Part shown: positions 44,001 through 53,100 of the stretch, in pieces
How the letters are laid out: each line of letters begins with the position of its first letter
How positions within the stretch are numbered: position 1 is the first letter of the stretch
From: an uncultured Thiotrichaceae bacterium
GTDB taxonomy: Bacteria > Pseudomonadota > Gammaproteobacteria > Beggiatoales > Beggiatoaceae
Reading direction: 5' to 3'
Assembly (NCBI GenBank): GCA_964555395.1
Contig: CAZKST010000001.1
Coordinates: 1-56,795, forward strand
DNA length: 56,795 bases
Position numbers and translations under genes: made by a program
Notes under the pieces: model-generated
What the model was told of the DNA's origin: nothing
What the model saw: the letters and a program-made list of their open reading frames with translations, nothing else
Database searches by the model: none

Positions 44001-46612
44001 AGCGGGTCACTGCCTTCTAAGTAAGTTTGAACCAACTCCTGCATTAATTCTTGGTCTTCTCCCACCAAATCTTGCAAAGCCGTCACAATGCTTTGTTTTA
44101 AAGAATCAGCAGGCTCGGCTTGTTGAGCAACGTCTGCTACTGTCTCTGTTACAACTGGAACAGGCGCAAATGTAGAATGTTTAAGCGGTAGCGCATTAAA
44201 AGACTGCTCTTCTGGGGTACGCGCCTTAAAACTACGCACGGGAATACGCATTAAAACCGCCGCTAACTCTTCAGGACGAATGGGTTTAGTGACATAATCA
44301 TCCATCCCCGCTTCAATACATTTTTCGCGATACCCCCGCATTGCATGGGCGGTCATTGCCACGATATACGGACGTTGTTCTGCATTAGGCCAACGCTGAT
44401 GAATTTGCGCCGTTGCCTCCATGCCATCCATTTCTGGCATTTGCACATCCATCAACACAACATCATAAGGTTGCCGCGCCACAGCCTGCACCGCTTCTAA
44501 ACCATTACATGCAATATCTGCGTTATAGCCCATCCGTTTTAAAATTAACAAAGCCACTTTTTGATTAGTAACATTATCCTCAGTTAACAAAATCCGTAAT
44601 GGACGCTGCTGTCCTAAAGATTGTTGATTCTGCGGCGTGACTAATGCTTCAACATTTTTAACTGAAGGAACACGATTTAAAACATGATTAATACAATCAA
44701 ATAAATGACTAGCTTTTACAGGTTTAGTTAAATACGCATTAAACAAATTCGGGTCTATATCTGTATGCTGTCTGCCTAAAGAAGTTAGCATAATCAAAGG
44801 TAAAGTTTGGCTATCAAATTGCTTACGAATATGGCGCGCCAATGCTAAACCATCCATATTAGGCATTTGCATATCTAAAATAGCTAAATCAAATTGTTTC
44901 TTCTCTAATTTTTGTAATGCTTCTTCACCAGAAACTGCCTCTTCTGACTCTAAATGCCATGATTTTAACTGTAAATTTAAAATGCGCCGATTTGTGTGGT
45001 TATCATCAACAATTAAAACTTTCTTATCATTAAAATTAGTTTTTGATAAATCAAATTCTTCACCTTGTTGTACAGCAATTGCAACTGTAATTGTAAAATG
45101 AAAAGTTGAGCCTTTACCTAATTCACTTTCTACCCAAATTCGTCCTTTCATTAATTCACATAAATGACGGCTAATGGCTAACCCTAACCCTGTTCCGCCA
45201 TATTTACGCGTCATTGAAGTATCAATTTGACTAAAAGAACGGAATAATCTATCCATTCTTTCCTCTGGTATCCCAATCCCCGTATCTTTAACTGCAAAAT
45301 ACATTTCTACATGGCGTTCATCTAATTGATGACTAGAAATCAAAACAATTACTTCACCACTCTCTGTAAATTTAACAGCATTATTGACAAGATTGACCAA
45401 AATTTGTCGTAAACGTGTCATATCACCTGTGATATAAGCAGGCACACGTTTATCAAAGAAACTGGCTAACTCTAAATGTTTCTCAGCCGCACGGGGCGCA
45501 ATTAAATCTAAAGCCGTTTCTACACATTCACGCACACTAAACGGATAATTTTCTAATTCTAATTTTCCAGCATCAATTTTTGAAAAATCTAAAATATCAT
45601 TGATTAAAGAAAGTAAAGTATCGCCACTTGTGCGTACAGTTTCTACAAAGTCTCGTTGCTCAGAATTCAAAGGGGTTTCTAGCAATAAACCTGTCATCCC
45701 AATAACTGCATTCATTGGCGTGCGAATTTCATGACTCATATTCGCTAAAAATTCACTTTTTGCTTGACTTGCAACTTCAGCTGCTTCTTTAGCTTCTTGT
45801 AAATCTTCAATCATTTCTTCTAAATCACCATTAATTTTAGATAATTCAGAAGTTCTTAATTTGACTTGTTCTTCTAAATGCTCACGATGTTTAGCTAACA
45901 TATCATCGCGGCGTTGAATTTGTTCAAGCATATCATTGAAACTATGGACTAATTCCCCTAATTCATCTGAACCATAAGACGTTGCACGAATGCTATAATC
46001 GCTGTGTTGACTGACAGTGCTTGCAATTTTGGCAAGTTGGGTAATAGGACGAGAAATAAGCACTTGCAATAAAGTTGCTAAAAAGAACGCAACAGTAGAA
46101 GAAATTAAGAAAATAATAATAGTAATGCCAATATATTCACGAATAAGTTGATTAATTTTGCCCAAATCTGAACGTATATACAGTGTTCCACTTTTAGTTG
46201 TACTATTTTTCAAATAAATATCTTCAAAAACTTCTAAATAAGTATCTGTAAAACGGTAAGTTCGATTTTCTACAGGTGGCGGGATAAAATCTTTTTGGTC
46301 TGAACGAATATAAGAAGCTAATTTATCGCCTTTATTATCATAAACAACCGAAGCAATGACATCTTTTTCAGCAGTGAGAGAATTTAGCGTAGAAGTTGCT
46401 GAACCTTGGTCAGAAAATTCTAAAGAAGCCTTAATATTTTCCCCAATAATTTGCGCTAAAATGGCATGTTCATTTTCCATTGCACTTCGTAAAGAAGTGA
46501 TTTCATTTACTGCAAAAAATGTAGAGGCAGTCATTAACGTGATTAAATTAATAATCATTGTAATCACAATTAATTTTTGTTTTATTGAAATGTCTGCAAA
46601 TGCTTTCATCAT
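41012..46612 (-). CDS. 1866-aa multidomain phosphorelay-cyclase: TM-sensor-TM-HAMP-HisKA-HATPase-REC-REC-Hpt x4-REC-class III nucleotidyl cyclase
   Basis: Residue positions are my count. H-box SHEIRTP (H294), HATPase N/G boxes ([23 protein letters not shown]), REC D580, and REC D722. The four Hpt motifs are [13 protein letters not shown] (H892, H1063), [13 protein letters not shown] (H1227) and [13 protein letters not shown] (H1380). REC D1556. The cyclase has FADLRGFT (D1682), [10 protein letters not shown] (D1726) and [10 protein letters not shown]. Confidence 0.92.
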   Translation of the reverse strand: MMKAFADISIKQKLIVITMIINLITLMTASTFFAVNEITSLRSAMENEHAILAQIIGENIKASLEFSDQGSATSTLNSLTAEKDVIASVVYDNKGDKLASYIRSDQKDFIPPPVENRTYRFTDTYLEVFEDIYLKNSTTKSGTLYIRSDLGKINQLIREYIGITIIIFLISSTVAFFLATLLQVLISRPITQLAKIASTVSQHSDYSIRATSYGSDELGELVHSFNDMLEQIQRRDDMLAKHREHLEEQVKLRTSELSKINGDLEEMIEDLQEAKEAAEVASQAKSEFLANMSHEIRTPMNAVIGMTGLLLETPLNSEQRDFVETVRTSGDTLLSLINDILDFSKIDAGKLELENYPFSVRECVETALDLIAPRAAEKHLELASFFDKRVPAYITGDMTRLRQILVNLVNNAVKFTESGEVIVLISSHQLDERHVEMYFAVKDTGIGIPEERMDRLFRSFSQIDTSMTRKYGGTGLGLAISRHLCELMKGRIWVESELGKGSTFHFTITVAIAVQQGEEFDLSKTNFNDKKVLIVDDNHTNRRILNLQLKSWHLESEEAVSGEEALQKLEKKQFDLAILDMQMPNMDGLALARHIRKQFDSQTLPLIMLTSLGRQHTDIDPNLFNAYLTKPVKASHLFDCINHVLNRVPSVKNVEALVTPQNQQSLGQQRPLRILLTEDNVTNQKVALLILKRMGYNADIACNGLEAVQAVARQPYDVVLMDVQMPEMDGMEATAQIHQRWPNAEQRPYIVAMTAHAMRGYREKCIEAGMDDYVTKPIRPEELAAVLMRIPVRSFKARTPEEQSFNALPLKHSTFAPVPVVTETVADVAQQAEPADSLKQSIVTALQDLVGEDQELMQELVQTYLEGSDPLIKQLKQAVTQSDAQQIQYAAHSLKSSSASLGAEKLAEYCKQLEAKGRANELLGIELLLHVTLVEYELVISALKALIQTENNENVESSTRIAQEKVPVIETETVVSTVTTPVTPVTELPETSEPSEIPTVATSTVENLVVAIKDALLQLTGEEIPELTEELVTTYLQCSAVLVNEIQTGFIQQDAGLLERAAHSLKSSSASLGAENLAQLSKQLEIQGRAKEIKNVAVLVKQTVDEYQQVCIALKRVIGIDSLENVAVNDNPVQTAAAVDCTIETNEIPVETVATGIYFADKQAGLDYLTRLSEQVKDNLETLVGIEEPELLSDLLFVYLDETQELMQKLNPAITLPDYAEISKLTHSLKSSTANLGAEELANYFSQLEENAKQNNTEELACLWLKIQHAYQLLTIVLQHLLNKSALELPASFIQVATQPAIEIPVEQITNKVTLVCNAQIIEEISTSVKQTLESLIGEYEPEIAAELIETYCQDAQTLFVKIQQAVATQDATLLREAAHTFKSSSANLGATALAEVSQHLESQGRAADLTQSQQEYQQLTQHYYQLLQALASLLPDNAVVQATQTALQHALSAATAAIESAIETVIQPETPPAKLAIEEKNNASDTAVSPEFSTSLNDTVNPEHSLILVVDDQPYDTLLVSAYLRDEGFNVITANKGEDALKLVAERQPSIVLSDVMMPGMNGFEVCQSIKERDESALTPVVLITSLEGQQDRIKGLKAGADEFLSKPINREELMARVRSLLRYQQTRAKLEEAQKEHLKSMFKRYVSPKLVDEILQHPERAELALVDQQNRQNAVIMFADLRGFTAMSELLKPKEVVALLNQFFTMLTEVGYRHDGTVFNMAGDCLLIGFGVPFAQPNHSQRAVSAALEMQREFVALEQLWQKIYNIKVGLGIGINKGELIVGNVGSPTYMNYTVIGDTVNVASRLVNLAKSGEVIFSESLYQSLTDMVFSSPPEALEPVNLKGKSQPQQVYRLTRLHQAWMTV
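41015..41590 (-). other. class III adenylate/guanylate cyclase catalytic domain (residues about 1675-1866 of the giant protein)
   Basis: [16 protein letters not shown]...[16 protein letters not shown]...[19 protein letters not shown]...[14 protein letters not shown] contains the two metal Asp residues plus the Asn/Arg of the NxxxR motif. Confidence 0.85.
42308..44101 (-). other. array of four tandem Hpt domains (residues about 838-1435)
   Basis: There are four units of about 110 aa, each with the phospho-accepting H-[ST]-[LF]-K-S-S-[ST]-A-[SN]-L-G-A motif. They are separated by T/P/E/V-rich linkers (e.g. [26 protein letters not shown]). Confidence 0.85.
46139..46507 (-). other. periplasmic sensor loop of the giant kinase (residues about 36-158), YfiN/CHASE8-like by pattern
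   Basis: It lies between TM1 ([22 protein letters not shown]) and TM2 ([22 protein letters not shown]). [55 protein letters not shown] fits my recollection of the CHASE8 pattern (..aL.F.D...A...L..L.....v.a..vYd..G..lA.Y.r). This is unverified. Confidence 0.5.
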
Positions 46613-46662
46613 AAACTATAAATTTCCTAAATCAGCAACTTTCATTTTCCATTAAAAAAGCA

Positions 46663-47226
46663 TTATTTGTTATCGGAGCAATTAATTACTTCATCTCGAT
46701 TAACAATCGAAAGTCTTAGTAAATTTGCATCTGCTTTTAAATTTGCATGTGTTAAGATATTTAAATTAATCACTAATCTAATCCGATTTTCTTGATTAAG
46801 AAAAGTAATCATCCCACCTTGTTGCCCAAAATCTTCAATGTCACTGACGGTTAAAATATGATGGTGACAACTTTCTTTTAAAATAGTATTCAGTTGTTTT
46901 TTTTCAGATTGGCTAATAAATAAAATATGACAAGTTTTAATCTGGTTAGTTTGGTCAATTTCTTCAATCGTAATAGGATGTTCAGCAACCGCTTTATTTT
47001 CTGTGGCAATTGTTAATAAATCCCCAAAAGGATTTTTACCAAAAATACATATATTAAAAGAATTTTGTGTTTTAAAAGCTTCCTCATCCCAATAAATAAA
47101 ATTGGTAAAATTATACAAGAAAGCGGCTTTGACTTGATATTCTTTAATCACTTGCGCATAGGCAAGGGGAGTTAATAATAACCCAATGCACAAACTAATT
47201 AATTGTAAAAAATAAGTGTAAATCAC
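46663..47226 (-). CDS. YfiR-like periplasmic protein (DUF4154 family)
   Basis: 187 aa with a signal peptide ending PLAYA-Q. EYQVKAAFLYNFTNFIYWDEEAF and the C-terminal RIRLVINLNILTHANLKADANLLRLS are typical of YfiR/DUF4154. The start is GTG. Confidence 0.8.
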   Translation of the reverse strand: MIYTYFLQLISLCIGLLLTPLAYAQVIKEYQVKAAFLYNFTNFIYWDEEAFKTQNSFNICIFGKNPFGDLLTIATENKAVAEHPITIEEIDQTNQIKTCHILFISQSEKKQLNTILKESCHHHILTVSDIEDFGQQGGMITFLNQENRIRLVINLNILTHANLKADANLLRLSIVNRDEVINCSDNK

Positions 47227-47282
47227 GTTAAATACTTAATTAGGTTAAACAGTTGCATATAAAAACTCTATAGAACATTGAC

Positions 47283-47933
47283 TTATGGAGGTAATGTGTC
47301 AAATTTAGGCATTAAAGGTGTTAATAAACTATGCGCTAAAATACCACCTTGCTGTTGGTAAGCTTGTTCTACTGCCTGCAAACGTAGTTTGTCTTCCTCA
47401 TTTAGAACAGTAAGATGTGCATGTATCGTTTCTAGCTGTTTTTGAGTAAGTTTTAAATAATATTGATTTAATTGTTGTTCGCTAATACGCAGAGCTTCTT
47501 GAGCATAATGTAATGCGTGTTCAGTTTCTTGGCTTTGTATGGCTTGTTTTGCTTTTTCTAAACTATGCTCAGCATTTATGGATGGAGAATCTAAGTATCT
47601 CAATTGCTGAGTTTGCTCATACGCTGTATTTAATGTGAGTGTTAATAAATGAATTTGGGAAGCTTGTTCTTTTGCAAGTAAGGCAAATTGCCGTGCTTTT
47701 TCAGTTTGTCCTTGATATAAAGCCGTTTCCGCGCATTTTAGATAGCTTTCTGCAATTGTTAAATCTGTTGAATATTGCCAAACTTTTGCTTGTTGAGCCG
47801 CTTTAATAGCTTGTCGTGCATCACTCATTTCTTGATAAGGCTGAGTTGTGCAACTGGAGGTTAGCAAAACGAAATAACTTAGCCGAAACAGCAGCAGGCG
47901 CATCACAAACCAACTCCTTGTAGTCTCTTGCAT
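47283..47933 (-). CDS. helical-repeat lipoprotein (DUF4398-like)
   Basis: The lipobox is FVLLTSSC. Repeats follow the pattern A..A...A......L..A...L..G....A (ARQAIKAAQQAK...AESYLKCAETALYQGQTEKARQFALLAKEQA; LEKAKQAIQSQETEHALHYAQEALRISEQQ). The likely start is ATG 47903, which has AAGGAG 10 nt upstream. The track start is 47933. Confidence 0.65.
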   Translation of the reverse strand: MQETTRSWFVMRLLLFRLSYFVLLTSSCTTQPYQEMSDARQAIKAAQQAKVWQYSTDLTIAESYLKCAETALYQGQTEKARQFALLAKEQASQIHLLTLTLNTAYEQTQQLRYLDSPSINAEHSLEKAKQAIQSQETEHALHYAQEALRISEQQLNQYYLKLTQKQLETIHAHLTVLNEEDKLRLQAVEQAYQQQGGILAHSLLTPLMPKFDTLPP

Positions 47934-48265
47934 AAAGAGAGGCTAGAAATACTTAAAACTGAACTAAAAACTATAACAAATATAAGTGAATTATGAGTTA
48001 AAAAAAATTTTTTAGATAGCGCACAGTGCTATATTTTGTTTTAATTGTTGCTTAACTTTTGTTTGTATTCATTGAATATGCAAGAGATGTGCACTATACA
48101 CATACTATAGTAGAAAAACTCTATTTTTTAATAATTTATAAATTTCTAACTTAACATTGTCATTCATTCACTGTCAAGCTATTCAAGCGCGTTAAACTGA
48201 ATTCAAGTTAGGAATTACGCAGTTCATTCTTGTCAGAATCACAATTTACGAAATTATTTTAAATT

Positions 48266-48300
48266 GTAGGGTGGAATACGCTTCGCTATTTCATCCTACA
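48266..48300. repeat. REP-like imperfect palindrome (GTAGGGTGG type); likely also the terminator of the EEP gene
   Basis: TGTAGGGTGGAATACGC-TTC-GCTATTTCATCCTACA forms a stem of about 16 bp with two G-U pairs and one bulge as RNA. It lies 18 nt after the stop at 48318 on the minus strand. Confidence 0.6.
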
Positions 48301-48317
48301 AACATCCTTATTAAAAA

Positions 48318-49364
48318 TTAGTTAAAAGCAATATCCACCCATACAAGGCGATGGTCTGAACTGATGTCTTGTTTAAATAAATAGAATAATGCTTGATTTG
48401 CTGCTTGCCAAAAAATGCCAGACATACGGGGATTGAGTTGTTGAGAAGGCAGGACATAATCAACGCGGGCTTGCCATGAAGTCGTGTGATAACGTCCGCG
48501 TAATGGACTGGCTAATTGACTGGGGGTTAATGTGCCTAAAGTGGTGCGTGGATGTAAGCGGGGATGCGCGAGTAAATGTTGAATGCTATGGCTAGCAGCG
48601 GGATAACGTTGGGGGTCTGCGTTTAAGTCGCCCAAAATGCAACAAGGTTTATCATTTGCTAATCCTCCTGTTCTGCCTTGGTCATCATAAAAATAAGTCG
48701 CATTTGATAAATAATCCTGCCAAAAGCGAATTTCGTCATAATTACGATGGATATTAACATCATAGCCGCTAGCATGAGGAATGGGCGGCGTGGGATGAGA
48801 AATTAAACAATGAATATCCCCTTCGGGCAGTTTAATAGGTAAATCTACATGATTTTTGGAGGAAAGTGGTAAAATCGCTTGAATTGCGCTTGTATAGTAC
48901 TGTGGAATGCGAGCATTGGGCATGTCTTTCCATAAAAAACGCTGAAAAGTGCGACAATGAGCTAAATCTAAAGGATAGTGTGATAAAACCGCAAAAGCAT
49001 ATTGTCCCGCAAATGTGCCATAGCCTAACTTATCGCCCGCGCTAGTTGTTTTACCATCGCCATCTAAATCAAAACCAGAGGTAATGCCCGTATTAGAAGC
49101 AAATGCGTGTTGATAAGGATAATGCAATGCCGTTGTTTTTGCTGTCGCAACGGCTAAATAGTGTTTCTGAAATAAAGTTAAGGCATGTTGATTTTCATCA
49201 TAATCAAATTCTTGTAATACTAAAACATCAGGTGCAACCCGCTGAATAATTTCAGCAATATATTTAATTTGTGTGCTCTGTGTTTGTTGTAAATCTTGAA
49301 TAAGTTGCCCTTGAGTATTTCTAAATAAAGAAGTGTTAAAGGTTGCAAAACGATATTTTTTCAT
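48318..49364 (-). CDS. endonuclease/exonuclease/phosphatase (EEP) family protein
   Basis: 348 aa. N-terminal FATFNTSLF, VLVLQEFD (metal Glu), ILGDLNAD, and C-terminal SSDHRLVWVDI (catalytic His). Confidence 0.82.
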   Translation of the reverse strand: MKKYRFATFNTSLFRNTQGQLIQDLQQTQSTQIKYIAEIIQRVAPDVLVLQEFDYDENQHALTLFQKHYLAVATAKTTALHYPYQHAFASNTGITSGFDLDGDGKTTSAGDKLGYGTFAGQYAFAVLSHYPLDLAHCRTFQRFLWKDMPNARIPQYYTSAIQAILPLSSKNHVDLPIKLPEGDIHCLISHPTPPIPHASGYDVNIHRNYDEIRFWQDYLSNATYFYDDQGRTGGLANDKPCCILGDLNADPQRYPAASHSIQHLLAHPRLHPRTTLGTLTPSQLASPLRGRYHTTSWQARVDYVLPSQQLNPRMSGIFWQAANQALFYLFKQDISSDHRLVWVDIAFN

Positions 49365-49451
49365 GAATTTGATAAAATATTAAAAAGACCAGACATTATT
49401 TAATCACGACTCAAAACTTGAAATGTTTTACTTCATAATGCTGAGGTTATT

Positions 49452-49940
49452 ATGCCATTTATACGCAAAACTGCGCTACTTTCTGTCTATATCGTGCTTA
49501 GTTTGACATCTTTGGTGGCAAACGCGCAAACACAAGGGCTCTATCATTGGATAGATGAACAAGGAAATGACCAATTTACCCAAACGCCACCGCCTCCTAA
49601 TGCAAGACAAGTTGACCAGAAAACGATTAAAGTTCAACCTAATTTAGGTGACGGTGCAAAACCCGTTGATGCAGGTAAAAAACCACCTGAAGAGGCTGTA
49701 ACAGAGGAAGAAAAAGAGAAAGACCCAGCCGCTGCTATGAAAGCCAATAAAGAAAAAAGCTGTAAAAATGCTAAAGATGAAATGGCGTTGTTAACTTCTA
49801 CAGATACAAAGAATATTGTAGTTGTTGACCCACAAGATGCTCAAAAAAACATTCCTTTAACAGAAGAAGTAAAGCAAAAACGTATTGCAAATGCTAAAGC
49901 GTATTACGATACTTATTGCAATTCACAAGCAACTGAGTAA
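49452..49940 (+). CDS. DUF4124 domain-containing secreted protein
   Basis: A signal peptide ends VANA-Q. It is followed by GLYHWIDEQGNDQFTQTPPP, the typical DUF4124 (Y.W.D..G...fsd.pP) N-terminal motif. The C-terminal half is Lys/Glu-rich. Confidence 0.75.
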   Translation: MPFIRKTALLSVYIVLSLTSLVANAQTQGLYHWIDEQGNDQFTQTPPPPNARQVDQKTIKVQPNLGDGAKPVDAGKKPPEEAVTEEEKEKDPAAAMKANKEKSCKNAKDEMALLTSTDTKNIVVVDPQDAQKNIPLTEEVKQKRIANAKAYYDTYCNSQATE

Positions 49941-49974
49941 AGTATTTCTTTAAAACTATTTTACTATATTGTTT

Positions 49975-50007
49975 AAAGTCCAATATTATATTGGACTTTT
50001 TGTTTTT
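49975..50007 (+). terminator. rho-independent terminator after the DUF4124 gene
   Basis: AAAGTCCAATA-TTA-TATTGGACTTT forms a perfect 11-bp stem followed by TTGTTTTT. It lies 35 nt after the stop. Confidence 0.8.
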
Positions 50008-50155
50008 ATAAGATTTCCCTTGTTTTTTAAAGTGTTTTATTAAGTTTTACCATTCCCAAACCCATCTATACTTATTAATTCGTCCATTGCGTTAACATAA
50101 AAACGCCCCGTTTTTTGTTAATGATGACTCATTTACTTATTTTTTTGGTTACATT

Positions 50156-53100
50156 ATGAACGCTGTTAATCCACTCGCCGTGACCACTTCACTATTGAAT
50201 CCACCACAAGCAACTGCTGCTCGCTTGCGTGAAATTCCTTATAACTACACTTCTTTTTCTGACCGTGAAATTTTTCAACGTTTACTCGGTGAGGACGCAT
50301 GGCATATTTTCAACGAATTACGCGACTCACGCCAAACTGGGCGGTCAGCGCGGATGTGGTTAGAAGTTTTAGGAGAAATGTGGGTTGTTAAACGTAATCC
50401 GTTCATTCAAGACGATTTATTAACCCGTCGCAAACGCGGACAGGCTTTAATGCACACGATTCATGAGCGTTTGCAGCATATTCAACAACGAGCGAATAAC
50501 AATCCTTTAACCTTAAAGCTGTTGACGATTACCCAGCAAAAAGTCGCAGAATTTGAAAGTTGGTTATTGCAACAAACGGATTTACGCAAAAAAGTAGAAA
50601 AACGTTTACGCAAAGTCACCCGCGGCGATAATGTGCGGTTTGATGGCTATGCGCGGGTGGCGCATGTGACTGATGCCACTGACTGGCGGGTAGAATATCC
50701 TTTTGTGGTGCTGTATCCCGATACAGAAGAGGAAATGGCTTCTTTAGTCAAAGCGTGTTTAGCGTTGGAATTAACCATTATTCCTCGCGGCGGCGGCACG
50801 GGATACACTGGCGGCGCAATTCCTTTGGATGCCTATAGTGCAGTGATTAATACGGAAAAATTAGAAACGCTCGGTGAAGTCATTTGGCGCACAATTGAAG
50901 GGGTTAGCCAACCTGTGCCTACTATTCGTGCGGGTGCGGGCGTAGTGACAGCACGGGTGTCTGAACAAGCAACAGCGGCAAAATGTGTCTTTGCTGTTGA
51001 CCCGACTTCGCAAGAAGCCTCGACTATTGGCGGTAATATCGCCATGAATGCGGGCGGTAAAAAAGCAGTGCGCTGGGGAACTACTATCGATAATCTGATT
51101 TCATGGCGGATGGTGACACCGCAAGCTGATTGGATAGAAGTCGAGCGGATTAATCATAATCTTGGCAAAATTCATGAAGTGCCATTTGCTGAGTTTCGCG
51201 TTACCCACTATGCCACGGATGGCAAAACTCAAATCGGCACGCCTGAAATGTTAAAAATTCCCGCGACTGAATTACGCAAAGCGGGACTGGGTAAAGATGT
51301 TACCAATAAATATCTCGGCGGTTTACCTGGGGTACAAAAAGAAGGCTGTGATGGTTTAATTACTTCTGCTGTGTTTTTACTGCATCCACAGCCTAAATTT
51401 ACCCGCACGGTGTGTTTAGAATTTTTTGGTGCGAATTTGAAAAAAGCCGTGCCTGCCATTGTTGAAACCAAAAATTATTTAGACAGTTTAGACCGTCAAA
51501 AAGTCGCACTAACGGGCATGGAACATTTAGATGAGCGTTATGTGCGGGCAGTGAAATATAGCACCAAAGCACCGCGCAAAGAATTGCCAAAGATGGTGTT
51601 ATTAATTGATATTTCAGGCGAAGATGAAAAAGCCGTTGCTGAAGCCTCTTCCCACGTCGTGCTGTTAGCCAATGCGCGGGAAGCGGAAGGTTTTATCGCT
51701 GTCACGCCTGAAGCGCGGCATGTGTTTTGGAAAGACCGCAAACGCACCGCCGCCATTGCCGCCCATACTAACGCCTTTAAAGTCAATGAAGATGTTGTCA
51801 TTCCTTTAGAGCGTTTAGCCGAGTATAACGATGAAATTGAACGGATTAACATCGAATGCTCGACTAAAAATAAACTGCGCATGATTGACGCGATTAACGA
51901 CTATTTACACGGAGAATTAGCCGAACTGAAAAAAACTGGTGATTACGATATTAATCACGAGCGCGTTAAAGAAAGTGAAGAAATTCTGGCATGTAAAAAA
52001 CAAGCAGCGTTAGATTTACTGCAAAGCACTCGTCAGTATTGGTCTGATTTAATGGCAAATTTAGATACGCCTGTTACTCAAGTTCCGCATTTACTCGCAG
52101 CGGATAGTGTGGCTAAAGCTGAAACAGACGATACGATTTTTAGTTTAATGCAACGGCGCGATTTACGCATTTCGTTTAAAAATGCGATTCAAGAACCGTT
52201 ACACGATATTTTTAGCGGTAAAACCTTTATCGGTGTGCGGGAAAAATTGGACAAAATCCACGCGCGCATTTTACGCAGTCGTTTGTTTATCGCTTGTCAC
52301 ATGCACGCGGGCGACGGTAATGTGCATACCAATATTCCTGTTAATTCTAATGATTTTAATATGTTGGAAGAAGCAGACCATTTAGTAGCGCGGGTGATGG
52401 CTTTTTCAGAAAAATTAGGCGGCGTGATTTCGGGTGAGCATGGGATTGGCATTACTAAATTGCATTATTTAGACCCTAAACAAGTTGCTGATTTTGCTAA
52501 TTACAAACAAAAAATTGACCCGCAAGGACGTTTTAATCGCGGAAAATTAATGCTCGGCGGCGATTTGCACAATGCTTACACGCCCTCATTGCGCTTACTT
52601 GAGCGTGAAGCCTTAATCATGGAAGCCAGCGAATTAGGCGAACTCAATGCAATGGTTAAAGATTGCTTGCGCTGTGGCAAATGCAAACCAGTATGCAATA
52701 CCCACGTTCCGCGTGCTAACTTGTTATATTCTCCCCGCAATAAGATTTTAGCCACAGGGTTGATGATTGAAGCCTTTTTATATGAAAAACAAACGCAACG
52801 CGGCATTTCTCCACAACATTTCGACGTATTAAACGACGTTGCTGACCACTGCACGGTTTGCCATAAATGCGCTACGCCTTGCCCTGTCAATATTGATTTT
52901 GGCAACGTAACGATTAAAACCCGTTCCATTTTAAAAGCGTATAAAAAACGCAAAACCAGTTTAATGACACATGCGTCTATTGCATTTTTAAATGTCAACA
53001 ATCCGCAATTAATCAATGCTATGCGCACCGTGATGATTAAATGGGGCTTTTGGGGACAAAATCTAGCGTATCAAGTTGCCAAGCGTTTAGGATTAGCGGG

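Noticed and set aside
42308-44101. Periodic DNA repeats that could be mistaken for a repeat array or CRISPR
   Set aside because: The periodicity is about 500 bp and is in frame within a CDS. The repeats are the paralogous Hpt domains, not direct repeats with spacers.
42108-46655. Plus-strand ORFs (60-132 aa) antisense to the 1866-aa kinase gene
   Set aside because: They are fully embedded antisense in a strongly supported CDS and have no recognisable motifs.
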